NCBI GenBank assembly: GCA_025452005.1 | Contig: JANWJK010000020.1 | Span: 1,740-65,739, forward strand | DNA from: Acetobacteraceae bacterium | GTDB lineage: Bacteria; Pseudomonadota; Alphaproteobacteria; Acetobacterales; Acetobacteraceae | Reading direction: 5' to 3' | Length of the DNA: 64,000 nt | Shown here: one piece after another, positions 33,410-42,294 of the stretch | Layout of the letters: each line of letters starts with the position of its first letter | Position numbering within the stretch: position 1 is the first letter of the stretch | The notes under the pieces: model-generated | What the model was told of the DNA's origin: nothing | Databases searched by the model: none | Seen by the model: the letters and a program-made list of their open reading frames with translations, nothing else | Translations under genes and position numbers: made by a program

Positions 33410-34270
33410 GCGGCTTTACCCATCCCGAATATCTGGTCGAGACCGACTGGCTCTCCCTGAACCTGAACAATCCGGACGTGCTGGTGCTGGACTGCACTAC
33501 GCACCTGATCCCTGATCCGCAGATCACCTACCAGGTGAAGCCGGGGCGCGAGGACTTCGAGACCGGCCATATCCCCGGCGCGCAGTTCGTCGACATGCTG
33601 CGCGACGTGTCCGACACATCGCAGACCCTGCGCTTCATGCGCCAGACACCGGATGACTTCGCGGCCGCGATGCGGCGTGAACAACACCACGCGCGTGGTG
33701 ACCTACAGTAGCGCAAACGTCTGGTGGGCGACGCGGCTTTGGTGGCTGTTGCACGAATTCGGCTACGACAACGCCGCTGTCCTGAACGGCGGCTGGCAGA
33801 AATGGAGCCGCGAGGGCCGCCCCGTTGAGACCGGCCCCTCGCGACCCCGTCCGGCAGGCAACTTCGTCGTGCGCGAGGTGCGCAACCTGATGGTCGGCAA
33901 GGACGAAGTGCTGCGTGCGATCGGCAATGGCGCGATCTGCACCATCAACGCGTTGCAGCCGCAGCAGCACACCGGCGGTGGCGGCAACAGCTATGGCCGT
34001 CCCGGCCGCATCGCCGGCAGCGTGAACCTCCCGGCGGCGCACCTGCTGGATCCCGACACCAACACATTCCTGCCGGCGGACGAACTGCGGAAGCGTTTCG
34101 AGGCGGTTGGTGCCATGGACCGGCAGGTGATCAACTACTGCGGCGGTGGCATCGCGGCGAGCGCCGATGCCCTGGCACTGGTCATGCTCGGCCACAAAGA
34201 CGTGAAGCTGTACGACGCGTCGCTGTCCGAGTGGGCTAAGGATCCGACGCTACCGATGGAAACCGGTTGA
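33406..34270 (+). pseudogene. Two-domain rhodanese sulfurtransferase (thiosulfate/3-mercaptopyruvate type) interrupted by a frameshift near 33670-33676
   Basis: The N-terminal frame (MSGFTHPEYLVETDWL...HIPGAQFVDM...DDFAAAM) runs to a stop at 33711. The C-terminal frame (GVNNTTRVVTYSSANVWWATRLWWLL...INYCGGGIAAS...) is the track ORF 33653..34270. Together they give one normal-length protein. Confidence 0.75.
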
Positions 34271-34281
34271 GGAGATCCGCC

Positions 34282-35079
34282 GTGCTTCTACCCCTCGAAG
34301 GACGCAACATTAGCTATGACCTGGCGGGTCCGGAGACCGGCCCTGTCGTCTGCATGACGCATTCGCTTGCGTCGGATGGCGGCATGTGGACCGAGCAGGT
34401 GCCGCCACTGCTCGCTGACGGCTTTCGCGTGCTGCGCATCGACATGCGCGGTCATGGCGGCAGCGGGCCCGTGGCCGGCGACTACACGATGAGCGCGCTG
34501 GCGGCGGATGTCGCCGCCGTTCTGGACGCGCTGTCCATTGCGCGCGTGCATTTCATAGGGCTGTCGATCGGCGGGATGCTGGGGCAAGCGTTCGCGCTGG
34601 AACACGGTGGCCGGCTTGCATCGGCGATGTGGTGCGACACGCTGCCCGCCACGCCCGCCGGTGCGCCCGAGGTCTGGCAGCAGCGCGTCGATACGGTGCG
34701 CGGCGCCAACTCGCTGGCGCCGCTGGCCGATCCGATGATCGAGCGCTGGCTCACTGATGCGGTGCGGCAGAGCCGGCCGGGGCGCTGGAGACAGATTCGC
34801 GACACGATCGTCGGCACGACACCGGCCGGATATCTCGGCTGTGTCGCCGCGATCCGCAACTTCGATTTTGTGGCGCGCCCTCCGTTGCTGAAGCTGCCAG
34901 TGCTGGTGGTGTGCGGGTCGGACGATATGGGCACGCCGGCGGCGGAGAACCGGCGGCTCGCCGGGCTGGTGCCCGGCGGTCGCTACGAGGAAATCGCCAA
35001 TGCGCTGCACTTCCCAAATGTCGAGCATCCTGACACGTTCAATCGCATCATGCTGGGTTGGCTGAATGCCCAGCGTTGA
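34282..35079 (+). CDS. Alpha/beta hydrolase (3-oxoadipate enol-lactonase-like)
   Basis: HSLASDGGMW, RIDMRGHGGS and nucleophile elbow GLSIGG. GTG at 34282 lies 7 nt after GAGGAG. The track start at 34267 is TTG. Confidence 0.85.
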   Translation: MLLPLEGRNISYDLAGPETGPVVCMTHSLASDGGMWTEQVPPLLADGFRVLRIDMRGHGGSGPVAGDYTMSALAADVAAVLDALSIARVHFIGLSIGGMLGQAFALEHGGRLASAMWCDTLPATPAGAPEVWQQRVDTVRGANSLAPLADPMIERWLTDAVRQSRPGRWRQIRDTIVGTTPAGYLGCVAAIRNFDFVARPPLLKLPVLVVCGSDDMGTPAAENRRLAGLVPGGRYEEIANALHFPNVEHPDTFNRIMLGWLNAQR

Positions 35080-35090
35080 GGGAGGGCATC

Positions 35091-35870
35091 ATGCGTCTCG
35101 CGAACAAGATCGGCATCGTCACCGCGGCGGCGTCCGGCATGGGACGCGCTGGCGCGCTGCGATTCGCACAGGAAGGCGCGGCGGTCGGCGTGGTGGACCT
35201 GGACGAGGCGGGTGCCAATGCAGTGGCGAAGCAGATCACCGACGCAGGCGGGAAGGCGCTCGCGCTGGCTGGCGATCTGCGTCAGGACGCATTTGCCCGC
35301 GAGATCGTCCGACGCACAGCCAATGCATTCGGTGGACTCGATTTCGTCTGGAACCATGTTGGCCATCCCGGGCCGGCGGCGATCGAGGGCATCGATTGGA
35401 GTGATTACGAGCTGGCGATGGACCTGAACGTCCGCACGGTGCTGGTCACCACCGAGGCCGCAATCCCGGAACTGCGAGCGCGTGGCGGCGGTGCGTTGCT
35501 CTATACCGCGTCCACATCCGGCCTGACCGGCTCGCAGTTCAGTCCGGTGTACAACATAGCCAAGTTCGGCGTGGTCGGCCTGGTTCACGGCTTAGCGAAG
35601 CGCTATGCGCGCGAGAATATCCGGGTGAACGCGGTCTGCCCCGGTCCCACCGACACACCGATGCTGCGCGTGTTTGTCGCGCGTCCAGACAGTCAGTTGC
35701 CGCCAGGCGAGACGCCGGAGACGTTGGTGGTGAAGCGCGGCGGCCAGGTACCAATGGGGCGGCCGGCACAGCCACAAGAGATTGCCAATGCCGCGCTGTT
35801 TCTGATTTCGGACGAGGCGTCCTACATCACCGGCGTGGCGTTGCCCGTGGATGGAGGCGCTACGGCCTGA
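35091..35870 (+). CDS. SDR family oxidoreductase
   Basis: TAAASGMGRA and YNIAKFGV (YxxxK). Confidence 0.9.
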   Translation: MRLANKIGIVTAAASGMGRAGALRFAQEGAAVGVVDLDEAGANAVAKQITDAGGKALALAGDLRQDAFAREIVRRTANAFGGLDFVWNHVGHPGPAAIEGIDWSDYELAMDLNVRTVLVTTEAAIPELRARGGGALLYTASTSGLTGSQFSPVYNIAKFGVVGLVHGLAKRYARENIRVNAVCPGPTDTPMLRVFVARPDSQLPPGETPETLVVKRGGQVPMGRPAQPQEIANAALFLISDEASYITGVALPVDGGATA

Positions 35871-36001
35871 CAAGTCGACCGAACACAAGGACCACGGAGC
35901 AGCATAACGGCGAGCTTGCATGCCAAGCCACTATCCCCCAGTCCGCGCCAGCCGCATCGCCCCTGCCTCAAAATCCGCGCAGCCGGATCGGTCTCGCCAT
36001 G

Positions 36002-36292
36002 CTAACGAGTCTGGTTGTACTCGTAGTCCTCGCGCACGCCCGCACCGGATCGAAGTCCTCCCGGCATTGGCTGGCGAGTGGCGTTCAGCCTTGCGTGAAC
36101 ATCCAGTGCGGCCTTGTCCTGCCAGAGTTCGAGCAACGCCAGCTTGTCAGGGTTCAGCACGCTCTGGAACACCTCGAACTGCTCACAGCCCGGCTCCTGC
36201 ATGCACTCGATACAGCGCGCCCGAAACGCCTGCGCGAGTTCCGAGCCCTTGCCTGGTACCGCGGAGATCGTGACGACTAGACGGACGGCCAT
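36002..36292 (-). CDS. Antibiotic biosynthesis monooxygenase (ABM) family protein
   Basis: 96 aa. Ferredoxin-like pattern ...EPGCEQFEVFQSVLNPDKLALLELWQDKAALDVH. Confidence 0.7.
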   Translation of the reverse strand: MAVRLVVTISAVPGKGSELAQAFRARCIECMQEPGCEQFEVFQSVLNPDKLALLELWQDKAALDVHARLNATRQPMPGGLRSGAGVREDYEYNQTR

Positions 36293-36360
36293 GTGTCTTC
36301 CCCTATACGCAGATGAAGCGGAGGAGTAGCGGCCGTGCCCCGCCGCGCGTCAAGCTGTCC

Positions 36361-37803
36361 CTATTCGGCGGCGATATCGCAGATCGCCGGCGGCTGCGGC
36401 CGCGCCAGTCGAGCGAACGTCGCCAATGGCTCCCGCACTTCGACGGACGGCGACTGGGGCAGATCGTCGGGGCTGGTGTGCCATATGTCCGCACCTCTCG
36501 CGGCAAGTGTGCAGGCGGCCCTGAACAGGCACCGCATGTAGGTCCTGTCGAACGCGTCGATGACGCCGCTCTGCGATGCCGACGACGGCGCACGGCTGCA
36601 CCCTGTGAGTTTTGGGTCAGCGAACGTGAATCGCGCAGTGTCGCCCTTCTGCTCGAGTGTCTCCGACATCACGCGGTAGAAGCTGCCGATCGACAACTGA
36701 TCGATCGCAACGCCAGCCGAGCGCTCGGCGATCTTGAGGAAACCGTTGCCGACACATTGAGGAGCGACGACGAAATCCGTGTTGGCGATCAAGGTCAGAT
36801 CGATAGGTCGCGCGCTCGGCTCGGCCGCGCTGTCCGGTGTCAGCAGAAGCGGGCCCGCGGCGCGAGAGAGATAGGATCGCAACATGGTGGGGCGGCGTAC
36901 GGTGGCCTGCATCACCTTCAGGGAGAACGCATGCTGCCGCAGCCCACCATCGACGTACATGTCGCCATTGATGAACTCCGGCGGAAACGCGACTGGAATG
37001 GCCGCCGCTGCCATGACCGCGTGCAGGATACAGTCGCGCGGCGACACGGCATCGCCGCAGGGATGATCCCTACCGGTCGCGACGGCGGTGAGATCGAAGA
37101 TGACCGAGGTACCGGCATCGAGGTCGACCGACTGAACGGCCAGCACTCGATGCCGCTCGGTATTTTCGTGCGCAAGCCGGTCCACGAAGTCCTGGTTGAT
37201 GATCGCTGCGACCTTGGCGCGCAAGGGAGTGGTATCCACGAGGCTGTTCGCGATGAGGAGCTCGCCGACCGAGCGCATGCGGTAGATATCAGCCTCCGTA
37301 AGGTTGGTGTAGAGATCGCGCGCCTCGGCGTACTCGCCCATGAACAGCAGTGGCGCCAGCATGGCACCGGTGCTGATGCCGGTGACCAGGCTGAAGTCCG
37401 GCACGTCGTTTGCGGCCGCAAGGCCAGCCAGCACACCCGCCCCGTAGGCGCCCCATTGCCCACCGGCAGACAGCGCGAGCACGTGGTACGGGCCGCTGCC
37501 GTGCTCGATCGAGTCCAGCAGATCGCGAAGGAAGACATCGTTGCGTTTGTCGAGTTCCAGCGTCGAGTTACCCGACAGTAACGCTGTTGACCGCCGCTGC
37601 GACAGGAGCGGCGCCGACCCGGCGGCAGGCCCCTCGGCAAATGGCATGGTCACCGCGGTCGGCTGTTGCGGTGACGCGGTGCAACTCGCGCCCTTCTCCG
37701 GACGGGGACCGCCACAGCCGACGAGTCCGAACAGGGCAATAGCTCCAATGATGCGCCAGAGCCACATGGCAAGCGTCATCCCGATCAATGGCGGGCGCAG
37801 CAT
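36361..37803 (-). CDS. Patatin-like phospholipase, probable lipoprotein
   Basis: ALSAGGQWGAYGAGVL (oxyanion region), GISTGA (GxSxG) and YVDGGL (catalytic Asp). Lipobox-like LFGLVGCGG. Confidence 0.8.
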   Translation of the reverse strand: MLRPPLIGMTLAMWLWRIIGAIALFGLVGCGGPRPEKGASCTASPQQPTAVTMPFAEGPAAGSAPLLSQRRSTALLSGNSTLELDKRNDVFLRDLLDSIEHGSGPYHVLALSAGGQWGAYGAGVLAGLAAANDVPDFSLVTGISTGAMLAPLLFMGEYAEARDLYTNLTEADIYRMRSVGELLIANSLVDTTPLRAKVAAIINQDFVDRLAHENTERHRVLAVQSVDLDAGTSVIFDLTAVATGRDHPCGDAVSPRDCILHAVMAAAAIPVAFPPEFINGDMYVDGGLRQHAFSLKVMQATVRRPTMLRSYLSRAAGPLLLTPDSAAEPSARPIDLTLIANTDFVVAPQCVGNGFLKIAERSAGVAIDQLSIGSFYRVMSETLEQKGDTARFTFADPKLTGCSRAPSSASQSGVIDAFDRTYMRCLFRAACTLAARGADIWHTSPDDLPQSPSVEVREPLATFARLARPQPPAICDIAAE

Positions 37804-37836
37804 AGGCCGGATCGATCCGCGGTGGCACCAGCGGCG

Positions 37837-39021
37837 CTATGCATGCGGTCTGTATGCGTCTGCGATTACCACGCCGATGGAGCCGACCAGCATCAGCGCC
37901 GCCATGCCGCGCGGCGTGCCGTCTGTGGCGAGGCCGACCATGAGTCCGCTGACCGCGCCGAGCAGGTATTGCCCCGTCCCCATCACCGAGGATGCACTGC
38001 CGGCGTGCTGCTGATGCCGCGCCAGCGCGCCGACGATGGTGTTGGGATTCAATATGCCCATGCAGCTTATCGCCACGAACACCGGCGCGACGATCAGCGG
38101 CAGCGTGTGCCAACCGGCGAACGCGATCACGGCCAGCGCGGCGGTGGCGGCCAGATGCACGCGCGCGGCGCCGTGCAGCACGCGGGAGTGCCCGAAACGT
38201 CGCAGCAGATGCGGGTTGAGCTGCGCGCAACAGATCAATCCAAACGAGTTTGCGCCGAAAATCATCGCATACTGCGCCGGTGACAGGCCGAAGCCCTGGA
38301 TGAAAACCGGCGACGAACCCCCGAGATAGGCGAAGAACGCGAACGTCGCGAACGCCCCCATCGCAGCGTGCGTGATGAAGCCGCGCTCATTGAGGATGCT
38401 GCGGTAGCGGTGCAACTGTTCGCCGAGGCGCAGACGGATGCGCCGACCCTCGGGCAGCGTGTCGGGCAGCAGCAGCACAACCAATAGCCAGCAGGTGGCG
38501 CCGTAGGCCGTGAGGATCCAGAAGATGCCGCGCCAGTCGGCAAACGCCAGCACCGCGCTGCCGACTGTGGGCGCCAGGATCGGCGCCGCACCCATTACCA
38601 GCGACAGCCGCGACAAGAGCACTGCCGCGGCGTGTCCTTCGGCCAAGTCACGCACCATCGCGCGTGGGATCACCATGCCGGCCGATGCACCCAGTGCGGA
38701 GAGCGCACGGAATGTGGCCAGCCACTGAACGGACGGCGCCAGCGCGCAGCCCAGGCACGCGACGGTATAGATGGCAGTGGCGACAATGAGCGGCCGCTTA
38801 CGACCGAAGCGGTCGGACAGCGTGCCTTGGGTCATTTGTCCGATTGCGAGTCCGGCAAACCAGGCAGCGAGGGTTAGCTGCGCCGAACCAGGCGGCGCGC
38901 CGAACGAGGCCTCGATCGCCGGGAAGGCAGGCAGGTACATGTCGGTGGTCGATGGCCCGACCGCGGTCAGGAAACCGAGTAGGATGGGAAGCCAGGCGGG
39001 GAAGCGCATGCGGCGGGTCAT
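37837..39021 (-). CDS. MFS transporter, Bcr/CflA drug-resistance subfamily
   Basis: LGFLTAVGPSTTDMYLPAFPAI...GQMTQGTLSDRFGRKRPL. ATG at 39021 lies inside the longer track ORF. Confidence 0.85.
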   Translation of the reverse strand: MTRRMRFPAWLPILLGFLTAVGPSTTDMYLPAFPAIEASFGAPPGSAQLTLAAWFAGLAIGQMTQGTLSDRFGRKRPLIVATAIYTVACLGCALAPSVQWLATFRALSALGASAGMVIPRAMVRDLAEGHAAAVLLSRLSLVMGAAPILAPTVGSAVLAFADWRGIFWILTAYGATCWLLVVLLLPDTLPEGRRIRLRLGEQLHRYRSILNERGFITHAAMGAFATFAFFAYLGGSSPVFIQGFGLSPAQYAMIFGANSFGLICCAQLNPHLLRRFGHSRVLHGAARVHLAATAALAVIAFAGWHTLPLIVAPVFVAISCMGILNPNTIVGALARHQQHAGSASSVMGTGQYLLGAVSGLMVGLATDGTPRGMAALMLVGSIGVVIADAYRPHA

Positions 39022-39061
39022 TGCAGGATGCGCCCCGGATGGCCAGTGGAGGACGAGCAGC

Positions 39062-39943
39062 ATGACGACACACGAGTTGACCGCGGCATTTGGACCACAG
39101 CACGTGCCGGTCAGCCGGCTCGGTTTCGGCGGCGCGCCGGCAGGGCTGAGCAACTACCTGGGCGCTTACGACGCCGCCGCGGCCGCCAACCGCGCGACGA
39201 TGGCGGCCGCGCTGCGCCACGCGGTCGAGTTAGGGGTGAACTACTTCGACACCGCGCCCGGCTATGGCGACGGGCTGGCCGAGGCGATATTCGGCGATTC
39301 ACTGGAAGGAACGAAGGTTTTCCTCGCCACCAAGGTGCCGCTCGCCGCGGCAGGCAGGCTGCGGCAGTCGCTGGAGGCCAGCCTGCGTCGGTTGCGGCGC
39401 GACCGCATCGACCTGCTGCAACTGCACGGTTCATCGTACGGGCCGGACGAGGCCGACGCGGTGCTGCGGAAGGGCGGCATGCTGGACGAGTTGCTGCGGC
39501 TGAAGCAGGAAGGCCTGATCGGGCTAACCGGCTTCACCAGCGAGGACAACAACGCGGCCGTCTTCCGCTTCATTGAAACCGGCGGGTTCGATGTGATGCA
39601 GCTCTGCTACAACTTCCTCCACCAGCATCCGTATGACCCGACGCGGCCGTTCGGCAGCCTGACCGAGGCGAAGCGACGCGGCATGGCGACCGTGACGATG
39701 CGGACCGCGACGTCGGGGACGCTGCAGCGCTGGGTGCGCATGGTGAATCCCGCCAATACGTTCGATTATACCGCGGCGCTGATCCAGTTCGTGCTGTCCA
39801 ACCCGCTGGTGGATGTGGCGCTGGTGGGGATGCGCGACGTCGCCGAGGTGGACGCGAATGTGCGGCTCTGGCGGGATGTCGGTGGACGGATCGACATTGC
39901 GGCACTGCATACGCGGTACGTGCAGGACGACAAGTGCGGTTGA
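39062..39943 (+). CDS. Aldo/keto reductase
   Basis: LGFGGAP...GVNYFDTAPGYGDGLAE...IDLLQLH. ATG at 39062 with GGAGGA upstream. Confidence 0.85.
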   Translation: MTTHELTAAFGPQHVPVSRLGFGGAPAGLSNYLGAYDAAAAANRATMAAALRHAVELGVNYFDTAPGYGDGLAEAIFGDSLEGTKVFLATKVPLAAAGRLRQSLEASLRRLRRDRIDLLQLHGSSYGPDEADAVLRKGGMLDELLRLKQEGLIGLTGFTSEDNNAAVFRFIETGGFDVMQLCYNFLHQHPYDPTRPFGSLTEAKRRGMATVTMRTATSGTLQRWVRMVNPANTFDYTAALIQFVLSNPLVDVALVGMRDVAEVDANVRLWRDVGGRIDIAALHTRYVQDDKCG

Positions 39944-39995
39944 CGGCATCGGTCCGCCACCGCATCCTCCCACCGCCTCCCGGAGACGCCGCACG

Positions 39996-41201
39996 ATGGC
40001 CCTGAGCCGCACGACCCGCGTCAACCTGCTGCTTGGCAACGGTCACTTCCTCTCGCACTTCTACTCTCTCTGCCTGCCGCCGCTGTTCCTTGCCTGGCAG
40101 TCGGCGTTCGACGTGAGCTTCGCGGAACTCGGCCTTGCGGTTGCGCTGATGGCCGGCGCCTCCGCCACGATGCAGACACCGGTCGGCTTCCTGGTCGATC
40201 GCTATGGCGCACGCCCGTTCCTGATCGGCGGCGCGTTGCTGATGTCGCTCTGCATTACCACAATGGGGTTCGCCACCAGCTTCTGGCAGATCCTGGTGCT
40301 GGCCCCGCTGTCCGGCATGGGCAACTCGGTGTTCCACCCGGCGGACTACGCGATTCTGTCGGGCTCGGTGGACAAAGACCGCATGGGCCGTGCATTCGCG
40401 CTGCACACGTTCAGCGGCAACCTCGGCTTTGCGGCTGCGCCGCCGCTCATGGCGCTGCTGGCGACGACGATCGGCTGGCGCGCCGGCCTGATCATGGTCG
40501 GGCTGCTCGGTGTTCCAGTGGCGATATCCATCATCCTGCAGAGCGGCATCCTGAAGGACCAGGCCCACGACGAGACAGCGCACGCCGACCCGGCACTGTC
40601 CGGCCGCGACCTGCTGACCAGCCGCACTATGCTGTTGTTCTTCGGCTTCTTCCTGCTGGGCTCGATGGCTGGCGCCGGCGTGCAGTCCTGGCTGATCACC
40701 ATTCTGCACACCGTGAAGGGCATGGCGCTCGAGGTCGCATCTTCGGCACTCACCGGCTACATGGTGGGCTCTACCGCGGGTGTGTTGGTCGGAGGCTGGT
40801 TCGCCGATACCTACAAGAGGCACGTGCTGAGCTTCGCAGTGATCCTGACAATCGCCTCTGCCGTCCTGACGCTGGCGGTGGAATGGATGCCCGCGTCCGG
40901 CCTCGTCATCATCGCATTGATGTTCGCTTCCGGCTTGGCGCTTGGCGCCAGCCGGACACCACGCGACATCATGCTGAAGGACGCCGCGCCTCCCGGGCAG
41001 ATCGGCAAGGTGTTCGGCTTCGTCAGTGCGGGGCTGCCGCTGGGTTCGGCGTTGACACCGGTGCCGTTCGGGTTCCTCATCGACCGTGGCCACCCGGAGC
41101 TGATCCTGGTGTTCGTTGCCGTGCTGCTGCTGGCAAGTCTGCTTTGCGTCGGCACCGCACGGTCGAGCGCGCGGCGGACGGTGGTGGTGGCGGCGGAGTA
41201 G
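39996..41201 (+). CDS. MFS transporter
   Basis: About 12 hydrophobic segments. PVGFLVDRYGARP loop motif. ATG at 39996. Confidence 0.8.
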   Translation: MALSRTTRVNLLLGNGHFLSHFYSLCLPPLFLAWQSAFDVSFAELGLAVALMAGASATMQTPVGFLVDRYGARPFLIGGALLMSLCITTMGFATSFWQILVLAPLSGMGNSVFHPADYAILSGSVDKDRMGRAFALHTFSGNLGFAAAPPLMALLATTIGWRAGLIMVGLLGVPVAISIILQSGILKDQAHDETAHADPALSGRDLLTSRTMLLFFGFFLLGSMAGAGVQSWLITILHTVKGMALEVASSALTGYMVGSTAGVLVGGWFADTYKRHVLSFAVILTIASAVLTLAVEWMPASGLVIIALMFASGLALGASRTPRDIMLKDAAPPGQIGKVFGFVSAGLPLGSALTPVPFGFLIDRGHPELILVFVAVLLLASLLCVGTARSSARRTVVVAAE

Positions 41202-41202
41202 G

Positions 41203-42017
41203 TCAGCGCGCCTCGTACCCCTTCAGGCGCCTCCGAGTCGGAGTTTGCTGCCGATCAGACCGAGTCCTCGACACCGCCGACCGAGATGGCGACGGTAACC
41301 GACGTACCGTGATGGTCAAATTGCACCCGAGCTTGCGGATCGGGTTGACAGAGCCCAGCCGCAGGCTCGCACCATCACCACACTGTCGCTGGTATCCAGC
41401 AGCGACACGCCGGCCGTGAACACCGCGGGGAACACCAAGATCGTCCAGATCGACATGCCTTGCGCGGCCTGGGTCACCGCAATGCAGAGCAGGCCGATCT
41501 CGGTCGCGGTATCCAACCCGAGGCCGAACAGGAAGCCAATCGGATACATATGCCACGAGCGCGATACGGAGCGGAAGATCGGCCGGAAGATGCGGGGCGA
41601 CAGCCCGTCCCAACGGCGCTGCGCATGTCGTACGGCACGCCGGGGCGGTCATCCAGCGCGGTTGCCGTCCTGACGATCACAATGGACGCCAGCACGACGA
41701 TGCTTGAGTGACCGAGCGAAAAGAAGAAGCCGGCAGCATTAGGCGCCTTGCCGTGTTGCGTGAGCTTGCGGACGACGTTGTCTATAGCGGCGATATGATC
41801 GGCGTCGAACGCACTGCCACAGGCCGAACAGATACGCAAGGAAAGCGAAGCCGAGCAGCGCCGGCCGATCGGCTAAAGCGAGCCATGCCCCGACCCAGGC
41901 TGCGGCATTGTCGCCAAGCAGCATGCCATAGGTCACCGCTACCTGGGTCCTGACACGGAAAGGCCGATCGTCGAACGGGTTCGCCAACGTGAACGAGTGT
42001 CTCTCGCGATGCGCCAT
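41203..42017 (-). pseudogene. NiCoT (HoxN/NixA family) nickel/cobalt permease broken by at least 3 frameshifts
   Basis: Family segments lie in four different minus-strand frames. In order: LLGFAFLAYLFGL, then SAFDADHIAAIDN...FFFSLGHSSIVVL, then MYPIGFLFGLGLDTATEIGLL...SLLDTSDSVVM, then NPIRKLGCNLTITV. Confidence 0.8.
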
Positions 42018-42039
42018 GCTGGCGTGGAGACAAACGGTG

Positions 42040-42210
42040 CGCCAAGGCTGGCCTGGGCAAATCTCAATAGGGGTCGGCCTATCTGACCCCGCGCGGCGAG
42101 TTAGGTGCCCAGTGATCCCGAACATGATACGCTCGGCGGATCCGCAGACCGATTGCTCGGCTCGTACCACGCCTAGGATCGCTGCACTCCGGGGTTCTTT
42201 TCGGACGTGT
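42040..42210 (-). ncRNA. Possible degenerate cobalamin riboswitch in the NiCoT leader
   Basis: Four blocks appear on the minus strand in the canonical order. GAAAAGAACCCCGGAGTGCAG (compare AAxAGGGAAxxCGGTGxGAA). CCGCCGAGCGTATC (compare CCCGCxACTGT). CACTGGGCA (compare GCCACTGGG). GGTCAGATAGGCCGAC (compare B12 box AGxCAGGAGACCTGCC). Several core positions deviate. This is an eye match only. Confidence 0.3.
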
Positions 42211-42294
42211 AAAGCACCTGCGCCGGCGGCATTGCCGCGCACGGCATCAAAGTGCGATGCTTAATCGGACAACAAAGGTGGCCACAAGCCGGAA

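Noticed and set aside
39570-41093. 507-aa minus-strand ORF
   Set aside because: It is antisense to the AKR and MFS genes. It is extremely Arg/His/Gln/Ala-rich and has no hydrophobic core or motifs.
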